The notes: generated from the sequence alone by a model not told the origin. A DNA stretch of 15,204 nucleotides from a virus (IMGVR_UViG_2913177423_000006:1-15204); one strand, 5' to 3'; numbered from the stretch's first letter, positions 1-8,787 are shown. A program made the numbers and translations.

Positions 1-555
1 ATGCTTATTGGCTATGTACGCGTATCAACAAATGACCAGAACACCGATCTACAACGTAATGCGTTGAACTGTGTAGGATGTGAACTGATTTTTGAAGACA
101 AGATAAGCGGTACGAAGTCCGAAAGGCCCGGACTGAAAAAACTGCTCAGGACATTATCGGCAGGTGACACACTGGTTGTCTGGAAGCTGGATCGGCTGGG
201 GCGTAGTATGCGGCATCTGGTCATTCTAGTTGAGGAGTTGCGCGAACGTGGCGTTAATTTTCGCAGCCTGACGGATGCTATTGATACCAGCACACCGATG
301 GGGCGTTTTTTCTTTCATGTGATGGGTGCCTTGGCTGAAATGGAACGAGAACTGATTGTTGAACGAACAAAAGCTGGACTGGAAGCTGCTCGCGCGCAGG
401 GACGAATTGGTGGACGTCGTCCCAAACTTACACCAGAACAATGGGCGCAGGCCGGGCGATTAATTGCATCAGGCGTTCCTCGCCAAAAGGTGGCGATCAT
501 CTATGATGTTGGTATATCGACACTGTATAAGAAGTTTCCGGTTGGAGATAAATGA
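1..555 (+). CDS. Serine-recombinase DNA invertase (Gin/Pin/Cin/Hin family), complete 184 aa
   Basis: Starts exactly at window position 1 with MLIGYVRVSTNDQNTDLQ (catalytic Ser in VRVST), conserved WKLDRLGRS and GRFFFHVMGALAEMERE resolvase-domain motifs, and a C-terminal HTH (GGRRPKLT...STLYKK). Near-colinear with Gin/Pin-type invertases as I recall them. Confidence 0.9.
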   Translation: MLIGYVRVSTNDQNTDLQRNALNCVGCELIFEDKISGTKSERPGLKKLLRTLSAGDTLVVWKLDRLGRSMRHLVILVEELRERGVNFRSLTDAIDTSTPMGRFFFHVMGALAEMERELIVERTKAGLEAARAQGRIGGRRPKLTPEQWAQAGRLIASGVPRQKVAIIYDVGISTLYKKFPVGDK

Positions 556-592
556 AACCGTAGCACGTCGTATGCAAGAACGTGCTACGGTT
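556..592. repeat. Perfect 13-bp inverted repeat (aaccgtagcacgt / acgtgctacggtt, 11-nt spacer) directly after the invertase stop codon
   Basis: Read directly: arms at 556-568 and 580-592 are exact reverse complements. No U-tract follows, so it is not a canonical intrinsic terminator; could be an RNA stem-loop or a protein-binding palindrome. Confidence 0.4.
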
Positions 593-718
593 AGCTGGTG
601 AAATGTCGATAGTGCGAGTGTTGAATAATTTCTAGCCGTTATTGATTTTACGTATTTTTGTATGAGATGATTTGCATCTCCTGTCACCGACCATCTATGA
701 CTATACGTCACCATTTCT

Positions 719-763
719 AGGGCTGCTATGTGCCAAGAGCGGTAATTGACAGAGAGCAGCCCT
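719..763. terminator. Possible bidirectional stem-loop between convergent invertase and SIR2 genes
   Basis: Perfect 9-bp stem agggctgct (719-727) / agcagccct (755-763) with a 27-nt loop, lying between the two convergent 3' ends; a T-run follows at 773-786 on the + strand. The loop is large, so assignment is weak. Confidence 0.25.
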
Positions 764-775
764 ATCTCAGTGGCT

Positions 776-3586
776 TTATTTTTTTAGAGATTGCATTCGT
801 TCATTGAATATGTCCAATGTGTCTTGAAATTCAACAAAGCCTCTATCCTTTATAAGGATTTTAATTAAGTTAGGAAAATCACTTTCTACACCAGCTGTAA
901 TGAAATCTAACTCGCCTAATTTATTCGGGATGTTTTCAGAAACAAATTTGTTAATAACCTCAAGAAATTGATCAGGCATGGCACATCCGCTTGCGACTAA
1001 ATGCAAACATTCCATAATATCGCTTACTGTTGCCAGTGGTAGGTTTAAAATATTACTGTTAATAAACTTGTCTATAATGTCAACGACCTCAGGAGAGCCA
1101 ATCCTTTTGATGTTCAATAATAAACTCTTAGTGATGGATCTTTTCCACTTATCATCAAATAATTGTATTTTTGTTAACGCTAATGTTAATAGTTCAGTGT
1201 TTTTGTATTCGTAATTATGATTCTCTGATAATATGTAAATGTTTCGTAAGATATTGGAGTTAATTACATGCTGGTCATAACCATTTAACTCTCCTGTATT
1301 GATTTTTATAAGTATTACATCCAGGATTTTTAACATATCATCATGGGATTTTTGATACAAAAACTCATTCACAGCTAGAAGATTATGTATGTTTTCATAA
1401 ATATTTATGTTATTAGTTCTGCCTTCTAACAAAGGAAGCAAACCATTTATTATTTTCTTTAACTGGTTTGAACTCCACGGAACACATCCTAATATAATCA
1501 ATAAATTATTGGTCCATCGATCTATTGAAGTGGTATGAATAAAATTTTTATTTTTCAACCTAATCAGGTTGCATATGTTTTCGAGAGAGTTGAGTAAATA
1601 TTTCTTAATATGGTGAACTTCTCTTTTGTCAAGTTTGCTGGTGCTGATTATTATTTTGTCTTTTATTACCTTACTTAAAAATTTTTTGAGTTTTTCTGTC
1701 TCGCAGTATTTTATTAACATAAATAGATCGATTCTATTAACATAGAATATCTCTTCGCATAGATAGTGTTCGAGGCTACTAAGAATATTAAATTCGAAAA
1801 ATTGTTTAACCTCTTTATATTCTTCAATTAAAATTTCGTTGCCTAAAATGAAATACACATAAGGGTACAGTTTCGCTCTTGTTTTAAATTCATCATTGGA
1901 AAATGCTATTCCACCACTCTTTCTTATTTGTGAGTACCCTAAATTCTTCTTCGATTCAACGTCAAATCGATAGTAAGCTTTGTATATTTCATTAAATTCA
2001 AGCATCTTTACTAATTCTTGTAGCTCACTTTGCACCCCCCGTGGAAAATCAATTATTTTACTTTTAAACTCAAATGGAGTATGGCTTTCCATTATTGATT
2101 TACAATCTTCATCAATGTCCTTACCGTTACAGTGTAAATCCGACTTCAACATCCTGTAAGCATAATCAAAATTAGACATGTGAATGGTGGCGAGAATATA
2201 GTTTCTCTCATTAAGATGAAGCTTTACTTTCGAAATAAGAATATCGAGAAGTTTGCCATATTCCTTGTTAATAAGAAGTATTTCAGCATTATCCTTTGAA
2301 TAAGCGAAAGAAATCTTATTGTATAGCTCAGACTCTAATTCTGAAGAACTAATCACCTCATACAGTTTCGAGTCATAACTAACTGTATTTATAAATGCCT
2401 TTTCCAAAATAGATGAGAATGTCTTTTTTAAGTGAGTATTTTTACTCAAAATGTCATTAAGGTATATGCTATTTATTTTCCTGCTATACTCGTCATAATC
2501 AGTCGTCAAAATATTATTGTGGGAGGTTAGTTTAACCCCAGACTTATCATAATCAATGGTACTATTAGTTAATTTTTTACTGATCTGCTCAGGGAGCAAT
2601 ACTTTGTATTGTGTTAATGCTTTTAGTTTGCTATCAACATATTTATTTATTTTTTTTGTTACAATACATTGAATATCATTCTTCAATTTATTTTTATCAA
2701 AATCAGACATTCTCAGGTCATCTTCTATTTTTTTTACCTTTGACTCAGTATAGATCAGGGTCCTCTTTATAAACTCATCTTGGTTTTTAACAAGCTTGAA
2801 ATCACTGAAAAATTTTGAATAAAGATCATGATAGCTAATGTCAGTATTCATCGGTGTCAACAAGGATATCCCATGATTTCTTAAGTAAAGAGCCTGGGCT
2901 GCATCATGATTTTTCTGGAGCAAATATTTTCTTGGTGTTGCTTTTGATATAGTTGTAACCCATGAAACAATCTGTTTTAAATCATAATCACTATAAGAGT
3001 ATCCTAAAAACACAACAGTGTTTGTTGAGAATATTCCTTTTATAAAATTTTCGATAAGTGGAAAATTTTGGCTGTACTGTAAGTAATCATCCTCTTTAAA
3101 AACAAAATTATTCTGTCGAAAATCCCCATGCATCTTTATAATTTTCTTGTCCAAATGACTTTGTGCCAGGTCCACGTCAGAACTAACTAAATCATAAGCC
3201 AATCCTATGTCTTGTGCAGTTTTTTCAAGCAAACTATCCCAGTTGGTTGTAATTATATAGTGGGGGTTTAATTCAAATAGCATCTTATGAAAAAGACTTG
3301 GTTTCAAATCTCTAATTATTGATTTGACTTTTTTAACATAAGAGTTTTGTCCGTATTGAAGAAAGTAAAGTTGGGCTATTTTTAAATAATCATTTTCTTC
3401 AGACAATCCTAAGTCGTCTTTTAGCTCATTTATTAACTCCCTCCAGGTTGGTATTTTTATTAATTCCGTTTCGCTGAATTTAGAAAAACCAGCACCAATA
3501 AAAAGAACTAACTTATTATCTTGACTGGCATTCAATATTTCGTTCAAGTCATATTCAGAAAAAGAAAGTGGATTTAAATTTATCAT
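776..3586 (-). CDS. SIR2-domain protein, 936 aa: N-terminal SIR2-type NAD+-hydrolase domain plus ~650-aa helical C-terminal region; candidate single-gene antiphage defence protein (DSR1/DSR2-like)
   Basis: Long uninterrupted ORF. N-terminus carries SIR2-type motifs: glycine-rich LVLFIGAGFS (res 26-35), IITTNWDSLLE (Asn115), IIKMHGDF (His153), VVFLGYSYSDYDL. Asn-His spacing of 38 residues. The gene is visibly far more AT-rich than its neighbours (by eye, roughly 25-30% GC against about 50%). No partner gene (TIR, HerA, Argonaute) nearby. Confidence 0.8.
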   Translation of the reverse strand: MINLNPLSFSEYDLNEILNASQDNKLVLFIGAGFSKFSETELIKIPTWRELINELKDDLGLSEENDYLKIAQLYFLQYGQNSYVKKVKSIIRDLKPSLFHKMLFELNPHYIITTNWDSLLEKTAQDIGLAYDLVSSDVDLAQSHLDKKIIKMHGDFRQNNFVFKEDDYLQYSQNFPLIENFIKGIFSTNTVVFLGYSYSDYDLKQIVSWVTTISKATPRKYLLQKNHDAAQALYLRNHGISLLTPMNTDISYHDLYSKFFSDFKLVKNQDEFIKRTLIYTESKVKKIEDDLRMSDFDKNKLKNDIQCIVTKKINKYVDSKLKALTQYKVLLPEQISKKLTNSTIDYDKSGVKLTSHNNILTTDYDEYSRKINSIYLNDILSKNTHLKKTFSSILEKAFINTVSYDSKLYEVISSSELESELYNKISFAYSKDNAEILLINKEYGKLLDILISKVKLHLNERNYILATIHMSNFDYAYRMLKSDLHCNGKDIDEDCKSIMESHTPFEFKSKIIDFPRGVQSELQELVKMLEFNEIYKAYYRFDVESKKNLGYSQIRKSGGIAFSNDEFKTRAKLYPYVYFILGNEILIEEYKEVKQFFEFNILSSLEHYLCEEIFYVNRIDLFMLIKYCETEKLKKFLSKVIKDKIIISTSKLDKREVHHIKKYLLNSLENICNLIRLKNKNFIHTTSIDRWTNNLLIILGCVPWSSNQLKKIINGLLPLLEGRTNNINIYENIHNLLAVNEFLYQKSHDDMLKILDVILIKINTGELNGYDQHVINSNILRNIYILSENHNYEYKNTELLTLALTKIQLFDDKWKRSITKSLLLNIKRIGSPEVVDIIDKFINSNILNLPLATVSDIMECLHLVASGCAMPDQFLEVINKFVSENIPNKLGELDFITAGVESDFPNLIKILIKDRGFVEFQDTLDIFNERMQSLKK

Positions 3587-4026
3587 TTTATAACTCTATG
3601 CATGTCTTAAAATTCATTGCTTCCATCAATATTAGCATAATTAAGTATTTCAAATCATAACGATGCTTAATTTATCATTATAATCCATTAACTTGTTCCA
3701 AGTACACCGTCTGCTAGTAATTTCTCCATTAACTGACTTATAAAGTGGGGGACTTCCGTCTCTCTCTCATAACAGACATTCACTACAGTTATGGCAGAAA
3801 GGTATGCAAGCCGGGTGTGGGAAAGTATGAAAGAAAAGAAGACTGCTGCGCCGTTTGTCGTCACATTTATCTTCATTGGCTATGCAAGTCGTAATACAAG
3901 GTGGGACAAAACTGAGACACATAAGGCCTCGCAATGGCTTGCAAGGCTTTACATGTTTTGATGTGGCGGGACGTGTGAGCGCAGTGTTGATGGGGTAATG
4001 CTTTGAATTAGAATCGGATTCTTATA

Positions 4027-4072
4027 ATTCGTAATGCGAAGGTCGTAGGTTCGACTCCTATTATCGGCACCA
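4027..4072 (+). tRNA. 3'-terminal fragment (~46 nt) of tRNA-Thr(CGU), thrW-like; att-type junction, not a complete tRNA gene
   Basis: attcgtaatgcgaaggtcgtaggttcgactcctattatcggcacca gives an anticodon loop ttCGTaa, T-arm gtagg-ttcgact-cctat, 3' acceptor strand tatcggc, discriminator a and CCA. The required 5' acceptor strand gccgata and the D-arm are absent upstream, and the 5' half of the anticodon stem does not pair (tataa vs tgcga). Confidence 0.75.
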
Positions 4073-4237
4073 TTTCAACGTCTTTTCCCGTCTATTAAAA
4101 TCCAACAAACCCGCATATACTCTAGCTTTGAGCGCCCCAGATAGTGTTTTAACGTCTATCAATATCTCCTAAAATCCACGTCTTTTGGGGGGATATTCGG
4201 GGGTATATGCTGTGTGGGCTACTGGAGATACCCCCAA

Positions 4238-5428
4238 ATGAAACTAAATGCCCGTCAGGTCGATACGGCCAAACCGAAAGAAAAACCCTATAAACTGGCC
4301 GATGGTGGTGGGCTTTATCTGCTTGTTAATCCCAATGGTTCCCGGTACTGGCGTTTAAAGTACCGGGTAGCCGGAAAAGAAAAGCTGTTGGCGCTGGGGG
4401 TATATCCCGATGTAACCCTGGCTGATGCCAGGGCGAAACGAGATGAGGCCAAAAGGGGTATGGCTGGGGGGATCGACCCGAACGAAGCGAAGCGGGAAGA
4501 AAAATTGAACCGCGAAGCGCAAATCAAAAACACCTTCGAAGAAATCGCCAGAGAGTGGCATACAGAACGGCAGAAGAAATGGTCTGAGGGGTACGCCTCG
4601 GACATTCTGGAAGCATTCAGTAAAGACATATTCCCTTGGATTGGAAAACGCCCCATCACGGAAATAAAGCCCCTTGATTTGCTGAATACGCTTAAACGCA
4701 TCGAGAATAGGGGAGCGACTGAAAAGGCCCGTAAGGTTCGCCAGTGGTGCGGGGAGGTCTGGAAGTATGCGATCGTTACCGCCCGCGCAGAATATAACCC
4801 CGCCCCTGATCTATCTGTGGCTATGGAAGGACACGAAGGGGAGCACTTCCCCCATCTGGAAGCCGAAGAGTTACCCGAATTTTTCCAGACGCTGGCGACG
4901 GCAAAAAGTAACGTTCAGGTTATTTTGGGGCTGCGTCTGCTTATTCTTGTGGGGTTACGTCCGGTTGAATTACGCGCGGCCCCGTGGTCAGAGATTGATT
5001 TTGATAATGCCTTGTGGGAGATCCCCAAAGAGCGAATGAAGAAAAGACGTCCGCACGTTGTCCCGCTTTCTCGCCAGGCTATGGTTATTCTCGGGCAATT
5101 AAAAGAGTTGTCGGGCCGCAATCCTTTCATTTTTCCGGGCCGGAACGACCCGCGAAAGCCAATGAGTGAAGGAGCAATTAATCAGCTAATAAAGCGACTC
5201 GGGTATAAGGGCAAAGCTTGCGGGCATGGTTTCCGACATACCATGAGCACAATTTTGTATGAGAAAGGGTATAACACCGAATGGATCGAAACCCAGCTTG
5301 CACATGTTGATAAAAATACCATCCGTGGCACATATAATCATGCCCGCTATCTGGATGGACGCCGGGAAATGCTTCAATGGTATGCCGACTATATGGAATC
5401 GCTGGCGAGTGGCAGGGTAAAAGATTAG
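4238..5428 (+). CDS. int: Tyrosine integrase, P4/CP4-57 IntA type (396 aa)
   Basis: N-terminus MKLNARQVDTAKPKEKPYKLADGGGLYLLVNPNGSRYWRLKYR is the classic P4-type integrase arm-binding start; C-terminal catalytic region has HGFRHT and a conserved Tyr in RGTYNHARY. GGAGA Shine-Dalgarno 10 nt upstream of the ATG at 4238; the ORF-track start at 4214 is a GTG extension. Sits immediately downstream of the tRNA fragment. Confidence 0.9.
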   Translation: MKLNARQVDTAKPKEKPYKLADGGGLYLLVNPNGSRYWRLKYRVAGKEKLLALGVYPDVTLADARAKRDEAKRGMAGGIDPNEAKREEKLNREAQIKNTFEEIAREWHTERQKKWSEGYASDILEAFSKDIFPWIGKRPITEIKPLDLLNTLKRIENRGATEKARKVRQWCGEVWKYAIVTARAEYNPAPDLSVAMEGHEGEHFPHLEAEELPEFFQTLATAKSNVQVILGLRLLILVGLRPVELRAAPWSEIDFDNALWEIPKERMKKRRPHVVPLSRQAMVILGQLKELSGRNPFIFPGRNDPRKPMSEGAINQLIKRLGYKGKACGHGFRHTMSTILYEKGYNTEWIETQLAHVDKNTIRGTYNHARYLDGRREMLQWYADYMESLASGRVKD

Positions 5429-5468
5429 AGAAGGTCTAAGACGGGAATACCGCTAAATTAGATGTTAG

Positions 5469-5505
5469 GCGTGGACACTCAGCATCCACGCTTAAACTTT
5501 TTATT
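5469..5505 (+). terminator. Rho-independent terminator downstream of int
   Basis: 7-bp stem gcgtgga (5469-5475) / tccacgc (5485-5491), 9-nt loop, followed by ttaaactttttatt. Confidence 0.6.
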
Positions 5506-5998
5506 ATCATTTTCAATGAATTATGATTTTGGAAATTTTATAAAAAACACCAAGATTACTAATCTATTGATTAATATGAAATATTTCTTTTTTTGATTAT
5601 TAATTGTGCTCTTGATTGTTGTTTTTATGGTGTTAATTTATAAAAATCTTATTTATAGGAATTAACATTATATAGTTGGCACTTTTTGCTAAAATCTGTT
5701 TTTATTGTGTTTTATTTTTATTTCATTTTTGTTGTTGTTTGTTTGATTTTTAGTGTCTTTATATCTGGCTAATTGATTTCACTCAAACCATAAATCCTTT
5801 CAGAGGCTTCTAGAGTCTTCCTGAGGCTTAAATTGACTTAACTAAAAGTCAAGCCCCACATCCCACATACATCTTTTTGACATGCACTTATGGCGTGAAT
5901 AACAATGACTTCATCCAATCTACAGGCATCCTATAAAGTCAATGTCTGTATATAGAAAGATATTACATAACGTTTGAATGTTAATAGCGGGTGTGAAT

Positions 5999-6217
5999 AT
6001 GAGAAATGATGCAATGCAGCTTTTAAACCAAGGAAAAAGATTGATCCGCCTGCCTGAAGTTATGATGCTTACGGGGCGGTGTCGCGCCAGTATTTATAAA
6101 GATATCAATGCAAATGTCTTTCCAAAGCCGATTAAAACCGGCCCGCGTTCTGTCGCATGGGTTGAGGGTGAGATCAGCGACTGGATCGACAACAAAATCA
6201 AAGAGCGCAAAGTGTAA
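5999..6217 (+). CDS. alpA: AlpA/Vis-family phage transcriptional regulator (excision activator-like), ~72 aa
   Basis: RLIRLPEVMMLTGRCRASIYKDINANVFPKPIKTGPRSVAWVEGEISDWI matches the AlpA-family pattern (RLP.V...TG..R.TIY.....FP.P...G.R.V.W...E...W), in the usual position after a P4-type int. Start chosen at the ATG at 5999 (MRNDAMQ...); the ORF-track start at 5978 lacks an SD. Confidence 0.75.
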   Translation: MRNDAMQLLNQGKRLIRLPEVMMLTGRCRASIYKDINANVFPKPIKTGPRSVAWVEGEISDWIDNKIKERKV

Positions 6218-6416
6218 ATCTGATTTTATTCAGAGATGAATATGATTTATTTGAATGCTAAGGATTTTGTGTATTCTTTTTGTTGTAAATACTCGTAGCA
6301 TGGGGAGTTGGCAGTATTTATTCAGTATTAGGTTAAGTGGTTACAAAATACCAGGCAATGCCGGTTTATGCAGTGTTTAATATATTTGTTGCTGGCGAAA
6401 ATTTACGGAAAATTAA

Positions 6417-7289
6417 ATGAACATTACTGATATTATCAGCCATCGCGTATATCGTGATGCGGATCTTGCTGTCATTAATAACACGGCATTTATTCAGCCT
6501 TATGACGGTTGTCACCGTGGTTTGTATGAAATGCGCGTTATTGAACTTTATCGCCTGAATAAAATGATGCACCTTACCCACGAATATAAATCTATTTCCG
6601 GGGAAAGCGTAGGCATTCCGGCGACTAAAGAGGAACTGTTTACACTGGTTAATAAAGGGCATGAACTTTGCCAGTCTGAACGGGAAAAGCTGGCGGCACT
6701 TGAAGCAGAATTGCAGCGTCTGCCAAGCCCGGCTGTAATTCCTGCGCCGCAGACGATTAAAGAAGCACAGCAGGCCCGTAAATCACTAGAAGATGAAAGA
6801 TTCAGACTGCATCACGCAGCAATTAAAAATCAAGTCAAGGCACAGCAGGAAGAGTTATCCATCAGACAAAACATTCTGGCATTGCTCGCGCCGGTTATTG
6901 ATGTGTTGTTGGCCGTGGAAGATGTGGAACTGCTCGATCTGCGCCGTTCCCTGCCTAAGTCATCCCTCGATGCTAAGGCATTCAAAAAGGCGATTTCTGA
7001 AATTGAGTGTGCTGACCTTGCCTGGCAGAAAATGGATAAACTGGAGATTGCCCTTAACAAGGTGGTGAACAACTGCACATATCGCCCGGAAGGAAGCATT
7101 AATCCCCGTTTTGTTAACCCTCTTAATGAAGATAAGCGGGAACGCGCCGAAATATCACGCGATTATTACAGCTCTGAAATGGCCTTTATTCATACGGTGA
7201 TGAGTGCAGATGAATATTTAAATTATATGTTGCCGATCCGTCACCAGCAGCGCGCGCAACGACTCACATTAGAAAGAAATATCAACTAA
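6417..7289 (+). CDS. Hypothetical 290-aa protein with a central coiled-coil-like region; possible scaffold-like partner of the downstream capsid-family gene
   Basis: Clean ORF whose stop lies 10 bp before the next gene, which has an AAGGAAG SD. Middle segment (ELCQSEREKLAALEAELQRL ... QVKAQQEELSIRQNILALL) is heptad-like. No family recognised by eye; functional call is inference from adjacency and size only. Confidence 0.6.
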   Translation: MNITDIISHRVYRDADLAVINNTAFIQPYDGCHRGLYEMRVIELYRLNKMMHLTHEYKSISGESVGIPATKEELFTLVNKGHELCQSEREKLAALEAELQRLPSPAVIPAPQTIKEAQQARKSLEDERFRLHHAAIKNQVKAQQEELSIRQNILALLAPVIDVLLAVEDVELLDLRRSLPKSSLDAKAFKKAISEIECADLAWQKMDKLEIALNKVVNNCTYRPEGSINPRFVNPLNEDKRERAEISRDYYSSEMAFIHTVMSADEYLNYMLPIRHQQRAQRLTLERNIN

Positions 7290-7298
7290 GGAAGAATT

Positions 7299-8306
7299 AT
7301 GTCTTATGTAACACCAGATTATTTAACGCAGTATCACGAAAACCTGATTAAGTCTTTTAATATTAAATATAAAAACGAAGATACGGGGTATTTCACCATA
7401 TCACAGCCGGAAAAAGCATCTCCGGATGCATGGGGATGTTCCACGCTTGATGTTAAAGGCTCGTCCTGGCTGATTGATAATATTTCATTACTGGACATTA
7501 CCGGTGCGGATGGCACGACGATCACCATCGGTGATGGTTCCCTTTATACAGGCCGTGCAAAGGAAGGTCGCTTTCATAAGAAACTAAAAACCAACGGAAC
7601 ACCTTTTTTATTATCAGAAACGGATTCCTGCGCCTCATTGACTTATGAAGAAATGGCGGTAATGGCAAACGCGAAAAATTTCAGTAATGAAATGATCATT
7701 TTTTTCAAGAAGGCCGTGGTGCGGGATATGCTCCGTATTGGATTTAACGGCAAGATGATTGCCGAAAATACCAACCCGGAACAATATAAAAACGGCGAAG
7801 ATATCAATATTGGCTGGCACTCGCTGGCAAAAACATTCAATAACGGTTCACAAATTATTTCTGATGCTTTCGCACTGGGGAAAGGGGGTGATTTTGCCGA
7901 TGTTCACGATCTGGCTGATTGCCTCATCACGTCAAAAATCCCCGAAGGTCAGCGCGAAGATCCGGGCCTTGTGGTGATGGTTGGCGCGCAGCTTGCCGCC
8001 CGCGAACGCCTGAAACTGTTCAACATGGCCGATCAACCACTGACGCTGACGGCGGGGGATATGTTGACAAGCAGTGTCGCCGGTCGTTTTGCCTTTATCC
8101 CGCCGTTTATGCCGGGTAAGCGCCTGGCTGTTACGACGCTGAAAAATTTGCAGATCCTGACGCTGAAACACAGCCAACACTACCGCGCGGAGGATATCCC
8201 GCAACGAGGTGTTTATGAGCATGGCTATTTACGTGAAGAAGGTTACGCGCTGGGGGATGGCTATCTTTACGCGGCCAGCGATGAGAACGCCGTGACGCTG
8301 GTTTAA
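7299..8306 (+). CDS. P2 GpN-like major capsid-family protein homologue (335 aa)
   Basis: Colinear motif matches to my recollection of P2 GpN: RIGFNG vs AGFNG; NIGWHSL vs AVGWLQK; LGKGGDFADVHDLAD vs VGKGGDYASLDALVMD; EDPGLVVMVGAQLAA vs EDPDLVVIVGRQLLA; TTLKNLQI vs ITKLENLSI. AAGGAAG SD 5 nt upstream. Recalled-sequence comparison, not a search, so moderate confidence. Confidence 0.55.
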   Translation: MSYVTPDYLTQYHENLIKSFNIKYKNEDTGYFTISQPEKASPDAWGCSTLDVKGSSWLIDNISLLDITGADGTTITIGDGSLYTGRAKEGRFHKKLKTNGTPFLLSETDSCASLTYEEMAVMANAKNFSNEMIIFFKKAVVRDMLRIGFNGKMIAENTNPEQYKNGEDINIGWHSLAKTFNNGSQIISDAFALGKGGDFADVHDLADCLITSKIPEGQREDPGLVVMVGAQLAARERLKLFNMADQPLTLTAGDMLTSSVAGRFAFIPPFMPGKRLAVTTLKNLQILTLKHSQHYRAEDIPQRGVYEHGYLREEGYALGDGYLYAASDENAVTLV

Positions 8307-8477
8307 AACCTGCTGCAGTACAGCCAGCTTTGACAGTGTTGACCAGATAAAAGAAAACCCCCTCACCGGAACGAACAAGAAACGATGAGAGGGTTTATCA
8401 GGAAGATGATTCTACGCGATGAATTATACCGGGATACAACCGATGCTTACCAGCATAACCACACGACGTAAAAGGGG

Positions 8478-8663
8478 TTATTCCTTTATCGTGTCCAGTT
8501 TCTTACGGCGTTGGCGGCGCTTTATCTCACCCTTTGCCGCAGTTACTAAGAAACCGGCTGTACTTTCTCCAGTTTCCTTTAACTGTTCTATATCCTCCAT
8601 AACCTCATGGGGGATTCTGACGGTGGTCATTTGCGATTTTGCATTCTTCGCACCTGTTGCCAT
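8478..8663 (-). CDS. Ribbon-helix-helix (CopG/Arc-like) DNA-binding protein, 61 aa
   Basis: Minus-strand translation MATGAKNAKSQMTTVRIPHEVMEDIEQLKETGESTAGFLVTAAKGEIKRRQRRKKLDTIKE has the RHH beta-strand/helix pattern (TTVRIP.E....IE.L). GGAGA SD 6 nt upstream of the ATG at 8663. Divergent from the small-gene operon. Confidence 0.5.
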   Translation of the reverse strand: MATGAKNAKSQMTTVRIPHEVMEDIEQLKETGESTAGFLVTAAKGEIKRRQRRKKLDTIKE

Positions 8664-8787
8664 TACTGTTCTCCACTCGAATAGGTGTATTTCAGTATAC
8701 GCAACTAAAAAACAGAAAAAAAGACTTGAAGTGTATTTCACCATACGTGTAGGATTGATTTGCAAGGTGACATACACCTGTAAAGTA

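Noticed and set aside
978-1214. 78-aa plus-strand ORF inside the SIR2 gene (and similar short antisense ORFs at 12-293, 4315-4701, 7932-8222, 10594-10941, 11691-12110, 12231-12859)
   Set aside because: These lie entirely within longer, motif-supported genes on the other strand or frame and have no SD or recognisable domain; expected chance ORFs.
3997-4072. Complete tRNA-Thr gene
   Set aside because: Only the anticodon loop, T-arm and acceptor 3' strand are present; the 5' acceptor strand (gccgata) and D-arm are absent and the sequence cannot form a cloverleaf.
4214-4237. GTG start for integrase at 4214 and TTG start for primase at 10503, as in the ORF track
   Set aside because: In-frame ATGs at 4238 and 10533 give N-termini typical of the families; upstream extensions are probably untranslated.
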